Part shown: one piece after another, positions 9,386-18,913 of the stretch
Layout of the letters: each line of letters begins with the position of its first letter
Numbering within the stretch: position 1 is the stretch's first letter
Source: an uncultured delta proteobacterium
GTDB taxonomy: Bacteria; Desulfobacterota; Syntrophobacteria; BM002
NCBI GenBank assembly: GCA_963712115.1
Contig: CAVQGX010000021.1
Span: 1-64,000, forward strand
Direction: 5' to 3'
DNA length: 64,000 nucleotides
Made by a program: the position numbers and the translations under genes
The notes under the pieces: generated by a model
Seen by the model: only the letters and a program-made list of their open reading frames with translations
Database searches by the model: none
Told to the model about the DNA's origin: nothing

Positions 9386-10045
9386 CTAAATCCTCCTTGC
9401 TTTGCAAGCCCTGTCGTCACAATAGCGACAGGGGTTGTAGGGGGCCGACCCTTGGGGAACTATGCCGAAAACTCCCGAAATGGATTTTATCGGCTGCATA
9501 AGACAGGAATCCAGGAGTTGCACCGTTATATCTTCTGGCTCGAACAAACTGAAAAGCTTCTTTTGCTCCGTAAGGGGCCAGTCACAATAACCGGGACTGA
9601 ATCTCAAGGTCACTGTTCTGCCTTCTCTTTCGCATTCGTTCTTTATGGTCTGTTGGAACTTGTCTACCAAATCTTCAACCGCCACTGATCCCATGGCATC
9701 GAGAATGTAAGCTTCGGAAAGATCATTATTTTGCATAAGAACACCCACCTCTTCTTCTATCCCAGGCCCAAGAGTGCCGATGAAGCAGACTAGCTTTTCA
9801 GCATTCTTCATTACCTCTGACAGGTTCTTGCTTTCGAACTCTATGGCTCCTTTAATGCGTATTACCCCTTCGTCCTTGACCCTGAAGTCTACCATCCTAT
9901 AGTGAATGTCGGGTGTTATGAGGCTATTGAACTTATCCTCCAAAACCCGCAATTTACTCCTTATGGATTTTGGCAGCTCCTGATTTTCCTTGCCTCCGAG
10001 AAGCCTGGCCAGCTTGCTTTCTTCCACCTCTGGATGGATTTTCAT
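9386..10045 (-). CDS. Stand-alone B12-dependent methionine synthase activation-domain protein
   Basis: TLGPGIE, RFSPGYCDW, MQPIKSISG, C-terminal CxxCxxxxC; start at ATG 10045 inferred. Confidence 0.85.
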   Translation of the reverse strand: MKIHPEVEESKLARLLGGKENQELPKSIRSKLRVLEDKFNSLITPDIHYRMVDFRVKDEGVIRIKGAIEFESKNLSEVMKNAEKLVCFIGTLGPGIEEEVGVLMQNNDLSEAYILDAMGSVAVEDLVDKFQQTIKNECEREGRTVTLRFSPGYCDWPLTEQKKLFSLFEPEDITVQLLDSCLMQPIKSISGVFGIVPQGSAPYNPCRYCDDRACKARRI

Positions 10046-10275
10046 GAATTTTTTTTCACCGCTTTGTCGAATCATCCATGGGCTAATAATGCAGGTTAGT
10101 CTAAATTATAACTTTATACTTCAAAGGTGAAAGGGGTGTCCAATTATAAGGGATGAGCAATTCATTACCTCTTCCGACCACAGGTGACTCCGGGCTCATA
10201 TGCGGTTAGAATAAGCAGAATCCTGCGAATCTTTTCCTTTTTCAAACTCTTGCTAGTGCCACTGAGGGGCATAAG

Positions 10276-10993
10276 ATGCTTGAGTTCCTTTATCAACACT
10301 CTGACAAAAATCGGTTACACCCACCCCATTCATCCGCCAGTGACCCACCTTACTGTAGGCATGGTAATAGGAGGTTTTTTATTCGGGATTTTTGCCTGGA
10401 AACTACGCCACCAGGGTCTGGCCAGGACGGCTCACCACTGCATTATTTTGGCTTTACTTGCACTCTTTCCCACAGTCTTGTCGGGTCTAATGGACTGGCA
10501 GCACTACTACGCAGGGGGTTGGCTGTTTGCCATCAAGATGAAGCTTGCCCTGGCAGTTATCCTGTTTATTCTCCTGGTGTTTGCCTTGAGCGCAGGCTAC
10601 AAGGCTGAAACTGTATCCAAGGCCGCTGTGATACTTTATACTGTTTGTTTAGTGAACGTTACAGCCATTGGCTATTTTGGTGGTGAGTTGGTTTTTGGCG
10701 ACAGGACCGCCCGAAAAGAAGTGGAGACGCTGGGAGTTGAGGTTAACGCTGAGCAATTCAATAAGTCCTGTGGTGCATGCCACCCGAATGGGGGTAACAG
10801 CATCAAACCGCACCTGCCACTAAAGGATGCACCACAACTGGTGAATTTTGAAACCTTCCTCTCCTACATCCGCAGCCCCAAAGCTCGCGATGGCTCGCAA
10901 ACTTTAATGCCTTCCTTTTCTCCGGAAAAACTCTCAGACCAACAGGCGAGGGAAGTTTATCAGTACATCGTGAAAGTGCTTGAGAAGAGTTAA
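10276..10993 (+). CDS. DUF2231 membrane domain fused to monoheme cytochrome c (apparent +1 frameshift near 10297)
   Basis: GAGGGG RBS then ATG 10276; removing one base gives MLEFLYQTLTKIGYTHPIHPPVTHLTVG; GYFGGELVFG; CGACH heme motif and distal MP. Confidence 0.8.
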
Positions 10994-10998
10994 AATCT

Positions 10999-11145
10999 CT
11001 GTCCGACAACCCCTTTCCCCTCCTCTGGCGGGAGGGGATAAAGGGGAGGGGGGAATATAGACTAGCTGAAAATACAATTATTTTTTCACCCCCACCCTAA
11101 CCCTCCCCCGTCAAGGGGGAGGGAAATTATAAAGTTCTCAGACAG
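10999..11145. mobile_element. MITE-like element with terminal inverted repeats enclosing CCCTCCCCC..GGGGGAGGG hairpins
   Basis: CTGTCCGACAAC ... GTTCTCAGACAG ends; the internal hairpin family recurs at 28227-28256, 50072-50111 and 51833-51892. Confidence 0.55.
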
Positions 11146-11174
11146 CCTCTAAACTGCCGCTCGATCCTAAGAGA

Positions 11175-11777
11175 TTGGGTACAATGAGAACGAACAACTT
11201 AAAAATGGAAAAAAACCTTACTCTCGATCCCGAGGCCTGGGTAGACGAGCACGGCGATGCGCTCTTTCGCTATGCCTTGTTCCGGATCCATGACGGTCAG
11301 GTAGCTGAGGACCTTGTCCAGGAGACCTTTTTGGCTGCTATCCGGGGCAAGGACAGTTTTGCGGGCCGTTCCTCGGTTAAGACCTGGCTCTTTGGCATCC
11401 TCAAGCACAAGATAATAGATCACATCAGGAAGATAAGCAGAGAGAGGCCGGCGGAAGACATTGAGACCATAGCAGACCTGGCTGACAAGAATTTTAATGA
11501 TCAAGGAGGATGGAAGTACCAACCATCAGAGTGGACCACAAACCCCGGCCTCCTTTTTCAACAACAGGAATTTTGGGAAATCCTTCAAAAATGCTTGTCT
11601 GAGTTGCCGCCACGGCTGAATCAAGCATTCACTTTACGGGAACTCGATGGGCTCAGTGCGGAGGAAGTCCGTAAAATTTTAGGGGTTACCGCGACTAATG
11701 GGGGCGTTATGCTTCACCGAGCCCGCATGGGTTTGAGAAAATGCCTGGAACTAAAATGGTTTGACCGGGAAGAGTAG
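11175..11777 (+). CDS. ECF sigma-70 factor (TIGR02943/Neisseria sigmaE-like); start may be ATG 11205
   Basis: AEDLVQETFLAA, TWLFGILKHKIIDH, LHRARMGLRKCLELKWF. Confidence 0.92.
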   Translation: MGTMRTNNLKMEKNLTLDPEAWVDEHGDALFRYALFRIHDGQVAEDLVQETFLAAIRGKDSFAGRSSVKTWLFGILKHKIIDHIRKISRERPAEDIETIADLADKNFNDQGGWKYQPSEWTTNPGLLFQQQEFWEILQKCLSELPPRLNQAFTLRELDGLSAEEVRKILGVTATNGGVMLHRARMGLRKCLELKWFDREE

Positions 11778-11789
11778 GAAGAGGGAATT

Positions 11790-12053
11790 ATGTACTCTTG
11801 TAAGCAAGCTACTGAGCTAATGTCCCTGTCTCTGGATGGCAAATTGTCTTTATATCAACGTGTAGCTCTGAAGATGCACCTGTTGATGTGCAAACTTTGT
11901 TCACGTTGCTGGAAACAAATCTTGTTTGTCAGGGACGCTGTGCACAAGTGCGCGGAGCGAACTGAGGAGATTGATTTTATGCCCGACCATTCTCTATCTC
12001 CCGAAGCCTGTGAGCGGATAAAAAATGCTCTCAAAAAGGGGAGTCCTCCCTAA
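11790..12053 (+). CDS. Zinc-binding anti-sigma factor (zf-HC2/ZAS)
   Basis: CKQATELMS, HLLMCKLC (HxxxCxxC), directly after the ECF sigma gene. Confidence 0.88.
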   Translation: MYSCKQATELMSLSLDGKLSLYQRVALKMHLLMCKLCSRCWKQILFVRDAVHKCAERTEEIDFMPDHSLSPEACERIKNALKKGSPP

Positions 12054-12150
12054 GAACTGGCCAGTTTCCAAAGCAACCCTCCTCTTAATCTAACCTCCTT
12101 TGGTCTAGCCCGGATATTTCCTCAATCGTCTGCAGACAATGAACTTTTCG

Positions 12151-12197
12151 ATCGCGGCTGACCTTCGACGGGCTCAGGTCGGGGAAAGCAGTTCCCA
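12151..12197. repeat. Composite REP (CTTCGAC.GGCTCAG inside ATCGCGG...GCCGCTCCCA); second copy at 14833-14880
   Basis: ATCGCGGCTGACCTTCGACGGGCTCAGGTCGGGGAAAGCAGTTCCCA versus ATCGCGGTTAACCTTCGACAGGCTCAGGTCGGGAAAAGCCGCTCCCAC. Confidence 0.7.
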
Positions 12198-12592
12198 GAG
12201 GATGAGGCGGACTAATATTTTTTGTGGGATATGTACACTTGACTTGGATTTTGCTCATGCAATATAACATCGAACGAAAGATGGTGATCAACTTCAGCAA
12301 AACTTCGGGACATCCTGCCCATCCAGGGGGGTTGTCATCCCATTCGAGTCCGGTAATACTTTTCTAAACCATAACTACTGCCCTACCCCACGAAGTAGGG
12401 ATTTCCTAATTGTGATCTACTTCCAAGCCGGATCAATAGTATTCCATGGCGTTGATTTCCCTGCAAAAGAAGGAATAGATAGTGTAACTGGCCTAGATGA
12501 AGTTTTTTATATTGGCTCAAGTCCAGATCTGCAAGAAACAGAAGTTCCAGAGAACACTCGTATGGACAATCAAACAGAATGGGGGGTTGGGA

Positions 12593-14612
12593 ATGACTAC
12601 TGAACAAAAGGACTTGGATCTTCTTTGCATCAACACTATTCGCACACTTTCCATGGATGCGGTGCAGAGGGCAAATTCTGGTCACCCGGGGACTCCGATG
12701 GCATTGGCGCCTTTGGCCTATGTGGTATGGACACAGTTTCTCCGGCACAATCCAGGTAATCCCAAATGGTTCAACCGGGACCGCTTTATTCTCTCCTGCG
12801 GTCACGCATCCATGCTTCTCTATGCCATGCTTTATTTGACCGGCTACGATCTTTCCCTGGAGGAGATCAAGAATTTCCGGCAATGGGGAAGCAAGACCCC
12901 GGGCCATCCAGAATACGGGATCACCCCAGGGGTGGAGACCACCACCGGGCCGCTCGGCCAAGGTATTATGAATGCAGTGGGCATGGCCATGGCAGAGGCT
13001 CATCTTGCCAAAGCCTTCAATCGTGACGATCATAAAATCGTCGATCACCACATTTATGCATTTTGCAGTGACGGCGACTTCATGGAGGGAGCTTCACACG
13101 AGGCAGCCTCTCTGGCGGGACACCTTGGACTCAGTAGGCTGATCTGTTTTTATGACGATAACCGAATAAGCATTGAGGGAGCCACCGCCCTGACCTATTC
13201 AGACGATGTAGCTAAACGCTTCGAAGCCTACAACTGGCACGTTCAGAATATTGGTGATAAGGCAAATGATCTGGCAGCCCTGGCAAATGGACTTGTGAAG
13301 GCCAAAGAGGAAAGAGCAAGGCCATCGCTCATAATAGTTCGTTCCCACATCGGTTATGGTTCTCCCAACAGGCAGGACTCCGCCAAGGCCCATGGCGAGC
13401 CATTGGGTGAAGAGGAGGTGAAACTGACCAAGAAGTCCTATGGTTGGCCCGAAGATCAGACTTTCTTGGTGCCCGAAGAAGTGCTGGCCCATATGAACCA
13501 GGCTGTGGGGCGAGGGGAGAGACTGGAGAAAGAGTGGAATGAGAATTTTTCCTCTTACCAGCGGGCTTACCCTGAGCTGGCTGAAAGGTCTCCAAAGGGC
13601 TCTAAAGAGAGATCTTCCGCCTGGGTGGGACGATGACATCCCGAATTTCACCGTGGATGAAGGTCCCATGGCCACTCGGGTGGCATCAGGTAAAGTACTT
13701 ACTAGTTTCGCCGATAAAATCCCTTGGCTTATGGGAGGCAGTGCTGACCTGGCACCGTCTACAAAGACACTGATTGATGACTCAACCTACTTTTCCAAAG
13801 AACACTACGAAAGACGCAACATTGCCTGGGGTGTCCGTGAACATGCCATGGCCGCCTGTTGCTCTGGCATGGCACTCCATGGAGTGATACGTCCCTACGC
13901 GGCCACCTTTTTTATATTTACAGACTACGCCAGACCCGCTATCCGTTTGGCGGCTCTCATGGAATTACCGGTGATTTACGTGATGACCCATGACTCCATC
14001 GGAGTAGGCGAAGATGGTCCAACTCACCAACCAATAGAACATCTAGCTTCATTGCGAGCTATGCCCAACCTTCACGTTATCCGCCCTGCTGATGCCAACG
14101 AAGTTGCTTATGCCTGGCGGGCGGCGGTGGAACGCACTGACGGACCTACCATGTTGGTTCTAACCAGACAAGGGCTACCCATTTACGACCGAGCCCAGAT
14201 GGCTAGTGCCGAGGAACTGTTAAGAGGTGGCTATATTCTTTCGAAGGAAAAGGGTGCGACTCCGGATATAATTCTCATGGCCTCGGGCTCGGAGGTGCAC
14301 CTAATAGTGGAGGCTCAAGAGATCCTGGCCGGTGAGGACATTGATGCCAGGGTGGTGAGCATGCCCTGTTGGGAGCTTTTTTTCGAGCAAGGGCAGGGAT
14401 ATAGAGATGAGGTTCTGTCACCTGCGGTAAAAGCAAGACTGGCAGTGGAAGCGGGTGTGCCTTTGGGCTGGAGCCAGTGGGTGGGGGATGGAGGTGATGT
14501 CATAGGCATCACCAAGTTTGGTGCCAGTGCCCCTGCTAAAGAGAACTTTAAACAATATGGTTTTACCGTAGAGAACGTGGTAAAGAGAGCAAAGAAATTA
14601 ATTGGGAAGTAA
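12593..14612 (+). CDS. tkt: Transketolase (apparent +1 frameshift near 13589)
   Basis: [24 protein letters not shown] in ORF 12497; [26 protein letters not shown] in ORF 13539; frames join at E-R-L-Q. Confidence 0.95.
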
Positions 14613-14892
14613 GAGATCGCATAGCGACAGTAGTCAGCCGGCAGCAAGCAGCTGACAGCGGGCAGATATTACTAGGCACTATGCACTAAGCACCACAAAG
14701 AAGTAATTAGTACTAGTAGCTGAGAGAAACTGAATTTTGATTGCTTTTCTCCTGAATTCTGGATTCTGACTCCTGGCTCCTTACTCTGTGCTCCATGCTC
14801 TATGCTCTATGCGTTTCTCTTAACAACGGACAATCGCGGTTAACCTTCGACAGGCTCAGGTCGGGAAAAGCCGCTCCCACGAGAGATAAGAT

Positions 14893-15357
14893 ATGGTAAA
14901 ACGGGTGGCCCTCGCTGCAGACCATGCTGGATTCGAGCTCAAAGAGAAGATGGCAGCCCATCTGAAGGGGGCAGGATTCGAGGTCATGGATCTGGGCACC
15001 GGTGACCAGGAACCGGTTGATTATCCAGATTTCGCTCTTGCCATAGGTGAAGCTCTGAGGGAAGGAAGAGCTGAGAGGGGCATCCTTATTTGCGGTAGTG
15101 GGGTGGGAGCCTGTGTTGCAGTTAATAAAATAAAAGGCATACGCGCCGGACTCTGCCATGACACCTACTCGGCACATCAGGGTGTTGAACATGACAATAT
15201 CAATGTGCTTTGTCTTGGGGCCCGGGTTATAGGCGAGGAGCTTGCCAAAGAACTGATCACAGCCTTCCTCTCTGCCAAGTTCACAGGCGAGGAAAGACAC
15301 CGACGCAGGTTGGCCAAGATTGAAGAGATTGAGAGCGGATTGACAAGTAAGGCTTAA
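14893..15357 (+). CDS. rpiB: Ribose-5-phosphate isomerase B
   Basis: ADHAG, DYPD, CGSGVG, GARVIG, RHRRRL. Confidence 0.95.
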   Translation: MVKRVALAADHAGFELKEKMAAHLKGAGFEVMDLGTGDQEPVDYPDFALAIGEALREGRAERGILICGSGVGACVAVNKIKGIRAGLCHDTYSAHQGVEHDNINVLCLGARVIGEELAKELITAFLSAKFTGEERHRRRLAKIEEIESGLTSKA

Positions 15358-15557
15358 GGCTCACGGCGCAAGGCTATTTTATTTCGGATTGCGGATTTCG
15401 AAATGCGGATTTGCAGATTTAATTATGCTCTAAGCACGATACTTTGTTCTCCTTGCTCCTGACTCCTGAATTCTGAATGCAGTGGTTTTCTTGTACTTTG
15501 AGCCTTTTACATCTAATGATTACAATTATTGCTGGTTTAGTAAAAACCTCCCAAGGA

Positions 15558-15683
15558 GACGGCACAGTAAAAAGCTCCAGATGCAAGGCGCGCGAATCTT
15601 TAGGAATGAGGCGCACTTATGTGTGCGCCGCAGTGACGAAAGATGAAGCGCAACATCGCAGATGGACTTTTTACGAAGCCGTC
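15558..15683. mobile_element. 126-bp MITE-like element
   Basis: Terminal inverted repeats GACGGCACAGTAAAAAG ... CTTTTTACGAAGCCGTC; internal hairpin GGCGCAC..GTGCGCC. Confidence 0.65.
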
Positions 15684-15722
15684 AACTATTGTGTTTTTAA
15701 TATTCACCATTGAAGGACCTCC

Positions 15723-17300
15723 ATGGTTGAAGACCAAGATAGAGATGAGATGATAAGAGTGCAGGCCAAGGCTCCTTCTATGGATATCTCCCCAGCCGAG
15801 TGCGTAGTGATTGGCCCCCTGGATCCTTGCACCATTGTTATATTCGGAGCATCCGGCGACCTTACCTCCCGAAAGTTAGTTCCCGCTCTTTATAACCTGT
15901 ACCTGAACGATGGATTGCCGAAGCCTTTCATCATCGTTGGAGCCAGTCGTACCACCCTGAGTCACGGCGAATTTAGAGAAAAGTTAAAGACCAGCTATGC
16001 GGCCACGGAGAATTCAGATCTTTCTCGATGGGATGAGTTTGCTGGCAATCTTTACTATAAACCGGTGATCTACGATTCACTAGACTCCTATAAGGAATTG
16101 GCAAAGTTTTTCAGGGAACTGGACGAAGAATACAAGGTAGGCGGAAACAGAGTCTTTGATCTGGCGGTTCCTCCCTCTCTTTATCCGGTTATTGGCGAGA
16201 TGCTCGGAAAGAGCGGGCTTGCTCAGGAAGGTGAAAACGGCAACGGCTGGTCCCGTATCGTGGTGGAAAAGCCATTCGGCCGAGATCTGAAATCAGCAAT
16301 GGAGTTGGACCAAACGCTGCACCGGAGTTTCAGGGAACACCAGATCTTCAGAATCGACCACTATTTGGCTAAAGAGACGGTGCAAAATATATTAATGTTT
16401 CGTTTTGCCAATGCCATTTTCGAACCAATCTGGAATCGCAGCTATATCGCTTATGTGGGAATCATTGCAGCGGAAAAGTTGGGGGTTGAAAACCGAGCCG
16501 GCTATTATGAACAGTCTGGTGTGATAAGAGATATGTTTCAAAACCACATGATGCAGGTTCTGTCCCTCACTGCCATGGAACCGCCCTCCCTTTTCGAAGC
16601 GGAGCGGGTGCGAGAAGAGAAAGCCAAAGTATTCCGGTCTCTTAAACCCCTCGATGGGGGCAAGCATGCAGACAATCTAGTTCTGGGACAATATGGGCCT
16701 GGCATTGTCGATGGGGTAAGGGTTTCCGGATATCGTGGGGAGCCGAGAGTGAACCCTGAGTCTCTCATCCCTACATTCGCTATGATGCGAGTTTTTATTG
16801 ATAATTGGCGATGGAAGGGTGTTCCTTTTTACCTCGTCTCTGGCAAGAGGTTAGCTAGGAAAATAACCCGAATAATAGTCCAGTTCAAGCGAGTACCTCA
16901 TTCCATGTTTCGAAATGTTCTAGGCGAGGAAATCCTTGCCAACCGGCTGGTTTTGGGGATTTATCCGGAAGAGCGCATTACGCTAACTTTTCAAACCAAG
17001 AATCCTGGTGCACGGAACTGTTTGCGACCTGTGACGCTGGACTTCTCTTATGACCAGAACTACAGTGGCCCCACCCTTGAGGCATATGAAAAAGTTCTGT
17101 TGGATTGCATCCAGGGTGATCAGATGCTTTTTTGGAGTAATAATGGGGTGCGGCTAACTTGGTCGTTCCTAACCCCAATATTACAGGAATGTGAGACTTG
17201 TGGTGATCGAGGGGCACGTCTCCACCCATACGACTCGGGAAGTTGGGGACCCGAGGCCGCTCAGAAGTGGATGAAGTTGATAATTGATGAGGATCAGTAG
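15723..17300 (+). CDS. zwf: Glucose-6-phosphate 1-dehydrogenase
   Basis: GASGDL, EKPFG, RIDHYLAKE, RDMFQNH, WRWKGVPF. Confidence 0.96.
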   Translation: MVEDQDRDEMIRVQAKAPSMDISPAECVVIGPLDPCTIVIFGASGDLTSRKLVPALYNLYLNDGLPKPFIIVGASRTTLSHGEFREKLKTSYAATENSDLSRWDEFAGNLYYKPVIYDSLDSYKELAKFFRELDEEYKVGGNRVFDLAVPPSLYPVIGEMLGKSGLAQEGENGNGWSRIVVEKPFGRDLKSAMELDQTLHRSFREHQIFRIDHYLAKETVQNILMFRFANAIFEPIWNRSYIAYVGIIAAEKLGVENRAGYYEQSGVIRDMFQNHMMQVLSLTAMEPPSLFEAERVREEKAKVFRSLKPLDGGKHADNLVLGQYGPGIVDGVRVSGYRGEPRVNPESLIPTFAMMRVFIDNWRWKGVPFYLVSGKRLARKITRIIVQFKRVPHSMFRNVLGEEILANRLVLGIYPEERITLTFQTKNPGARNCLRPVTLDFSYDQNYSGPTLEAYEKVLLDCIQGDQMLFWSNNGVRLTWSFLTPILQECETCGDRGARLHPYDSGSWGPEAAQKWMKLIIDEDQ

Positions 17301-17318
17301 GGTTTTTCCAGGAGGGAT

Positions 17319-17657
17319 GTGATAATGGAGACTTACTATCACCCGCAGGATTTGCCTAAGTTCGAAGAAATTGGTGAGGGAGCTCCTGAGTTGGCAAAGA
17401 AGTTTTTTGAATATTATGCGGCGGTATTTGCCGAGGGTGAACTCACGGAAAGGGAAAAAGCCCTCATCGCCTTGGCTGTAGCCCACACCGTTCAATGCCC
17501 CTATTGTATTGATGCTTACACCCAGGCTTGCCTGGAAAAGGGATCAAATCTGGCCGAAATGACAGAAGCGATTCATGTGGCAACGGCAATCCGGGGAGGG
17601 TCGTCTTTGGTTCACGGTGTGCAGATGAGAAACATTGCTAAGAAAATCTCTTTATGA
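17319..17657 (+). CDS. AhpD/CMD-family peroxidase-like protein (arsenosugar/rSAM-selenodomain associated)
   Basis: TYYHPQDL, REKALIALAVAH, QCPYCID, LVHGVQM. Confidence 0.88.
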   Translation: MIMETYYHPQDLPKFEEIGEGAPELAKKFFEYYAAVFAEGELTEREKALIALAVAHTVQCPYCIDAYTQACLEKGSNLAEMTEAIHVATAIRGGSSLVHGVQMRNIAKKISL

Positions 17658-17723
17658 GGTACTCCTCTATCAGTTTTGAAGCGGATAACTTTTTAATGTT
17701 CAGTTTTTCCACATTTCTTCCAG

Positions 17724-17752
17724 TGTAAGAGACTGGGCTTTGAGGCGACTAA
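17724..17752 (+). promoter_or_regulatory. Candidate ECF-sigma promoter upstream of arsS
   Basis: TGTAAG-N16-CGACTAA; similar CGTAAA-N16-CGACTAA at 11670-11698. Confidence 0.55.
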
Positions 17753-17841
17753 CAAGAAAGTCAGGATGTAGGGAAGGTCGCAGAAATAAGATAACTGCCT
17801 TTTTGCTACAAGCTTCCAAGAAGTAAGAAGAAAGACTTACC

Positions 17842-18852
17842 ATGCAGCACGCGCAACCACTGGATGAAAACTTCAATACCGACAATACTAAAGTACCGGT
17901 GGAACCCATCAGGCAGACCCTGGCCAAGCATGGACTTAGTTTGACCCGGGTGAAGACCACTACCCTCCAGGTCAACGTGGGTTTGCTCTGCAACCAGGCT
18001 TGTCGCCACTGTCATCTCGAGGCAGGTCCAAGCAGCCAAAAACTGATGGACAGGGATACTATGGAGCAGGTGTTGGAGCTGGCCCGGAGGTTCCCTTTCG
18101 AGGCCATCGACATAACCGGCGGTGCGCCTGAGATGAATCCCAACCTGGTGGAGATGATCGAAAGATTCTCAGCCCTAACACCGCGGCTTATGCTCCGCTC
18201 CAACCTTACTGCTTTGGACCATGAAGAGCGGGATCACCTCATTGATCTTTGCAAACAAAATCGAGTTGTTATTGTTGCTTCCTTCCCTTCTCTGAATGAA
18301 GCGCAGACAGAGTCGCAGAGGGGAAAGGGTGTTTTTCAGGGGTCCATTGGTGTTCTCAGGAAACTGAACTCCATGGGGTACGGAAAACCTGGTTCAGGTC
18401 TGGCGCTCAACTTGGTCTCCAATCCCACCGGGGCTTTTCTGCCCTCCTCCCAGGAGCAGCTGGAGAAGAGATTTCGCCAAGTATTGGAAAATAAGTGGGG
18501 AATAGTTTTCAACAATCTCTTCGCCTTCGCTAACGTGCCTTTGGGAAGATTCCGCCATTGGCTCGAAAGGTCTGGCAATTTGGATAAATACCTTCAAAAG
18601 CTGGCCACCAGCTTTAACCCTTGCGCTATTGAGGGGTTGATGTGTCGGTCATTAATATCCGTCTCCTGGGACGGCTATCTCTTTGATTGTGACTTCAATC
18701 AGGCCGCCAATCTCTACCTGGGGGGAAAGAAGACTCATATCTCTGAGTTGAAAGAGTTGCCCGAGCCCGGAGAGCCTATCGCCATCTCATACCACTGCTA
18801 CACCTGCACGGCCGGCTCTGGCTTCACCTGAGGTGGGGCAATCGGCGCCTGA
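17842..18852 (+). CDS. arsS: Arsenosugar biosynthesis radical SAM selenoprotein ArsS (Sec at UGA 18829-18831)
   Basis: LQVNVGLLCNQACRHCH, DITGGAPE, MCRSLISVSWDG, DCDFNQ, HCYTCTAGSGFT-UGA-GGAIGA-stop. Confidence 0.9.
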
Positions 18853-18863
18853 GGGTCAGGGGC
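18845..18863 (+). promoter_or_regulatory. Candidate bacterial SECIS hairpin
   Basis: GC-G-CCTGA-GGG-TCAGG-G-GC, G-rich apical loop about 22 nt after the in-frame UGA. Confidence 0.65.
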
Positions 18864-18913
18864 AATACGGATGAGGCGGAGATCCGGAGAGACGGGGAAA
18901 CGGCGACACAGAT

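Noticed and set aside
11799-11827. Third ECF-like promoter TGTAAG-N16-TGTCC inside the anti-sigma gene
   Set aside because: Poor -10 match, explained by the Cys-Lys...Met-Ser codons.
12383-13051. Long antisense or overlapping ORFs from the track (e.g. 12383-13051, 1383-1937, 19004-19555, 43830-44315)
   Set aside because: They are shadows of well-supported genes on the other strand, with no motifs.
13580-13600. Programmed frameshift or naturally split transketolase
   Set aside because: No slippery heptamer and no RBS/start for a separate C-terminal subunit; fits the window-wide indel pattern.
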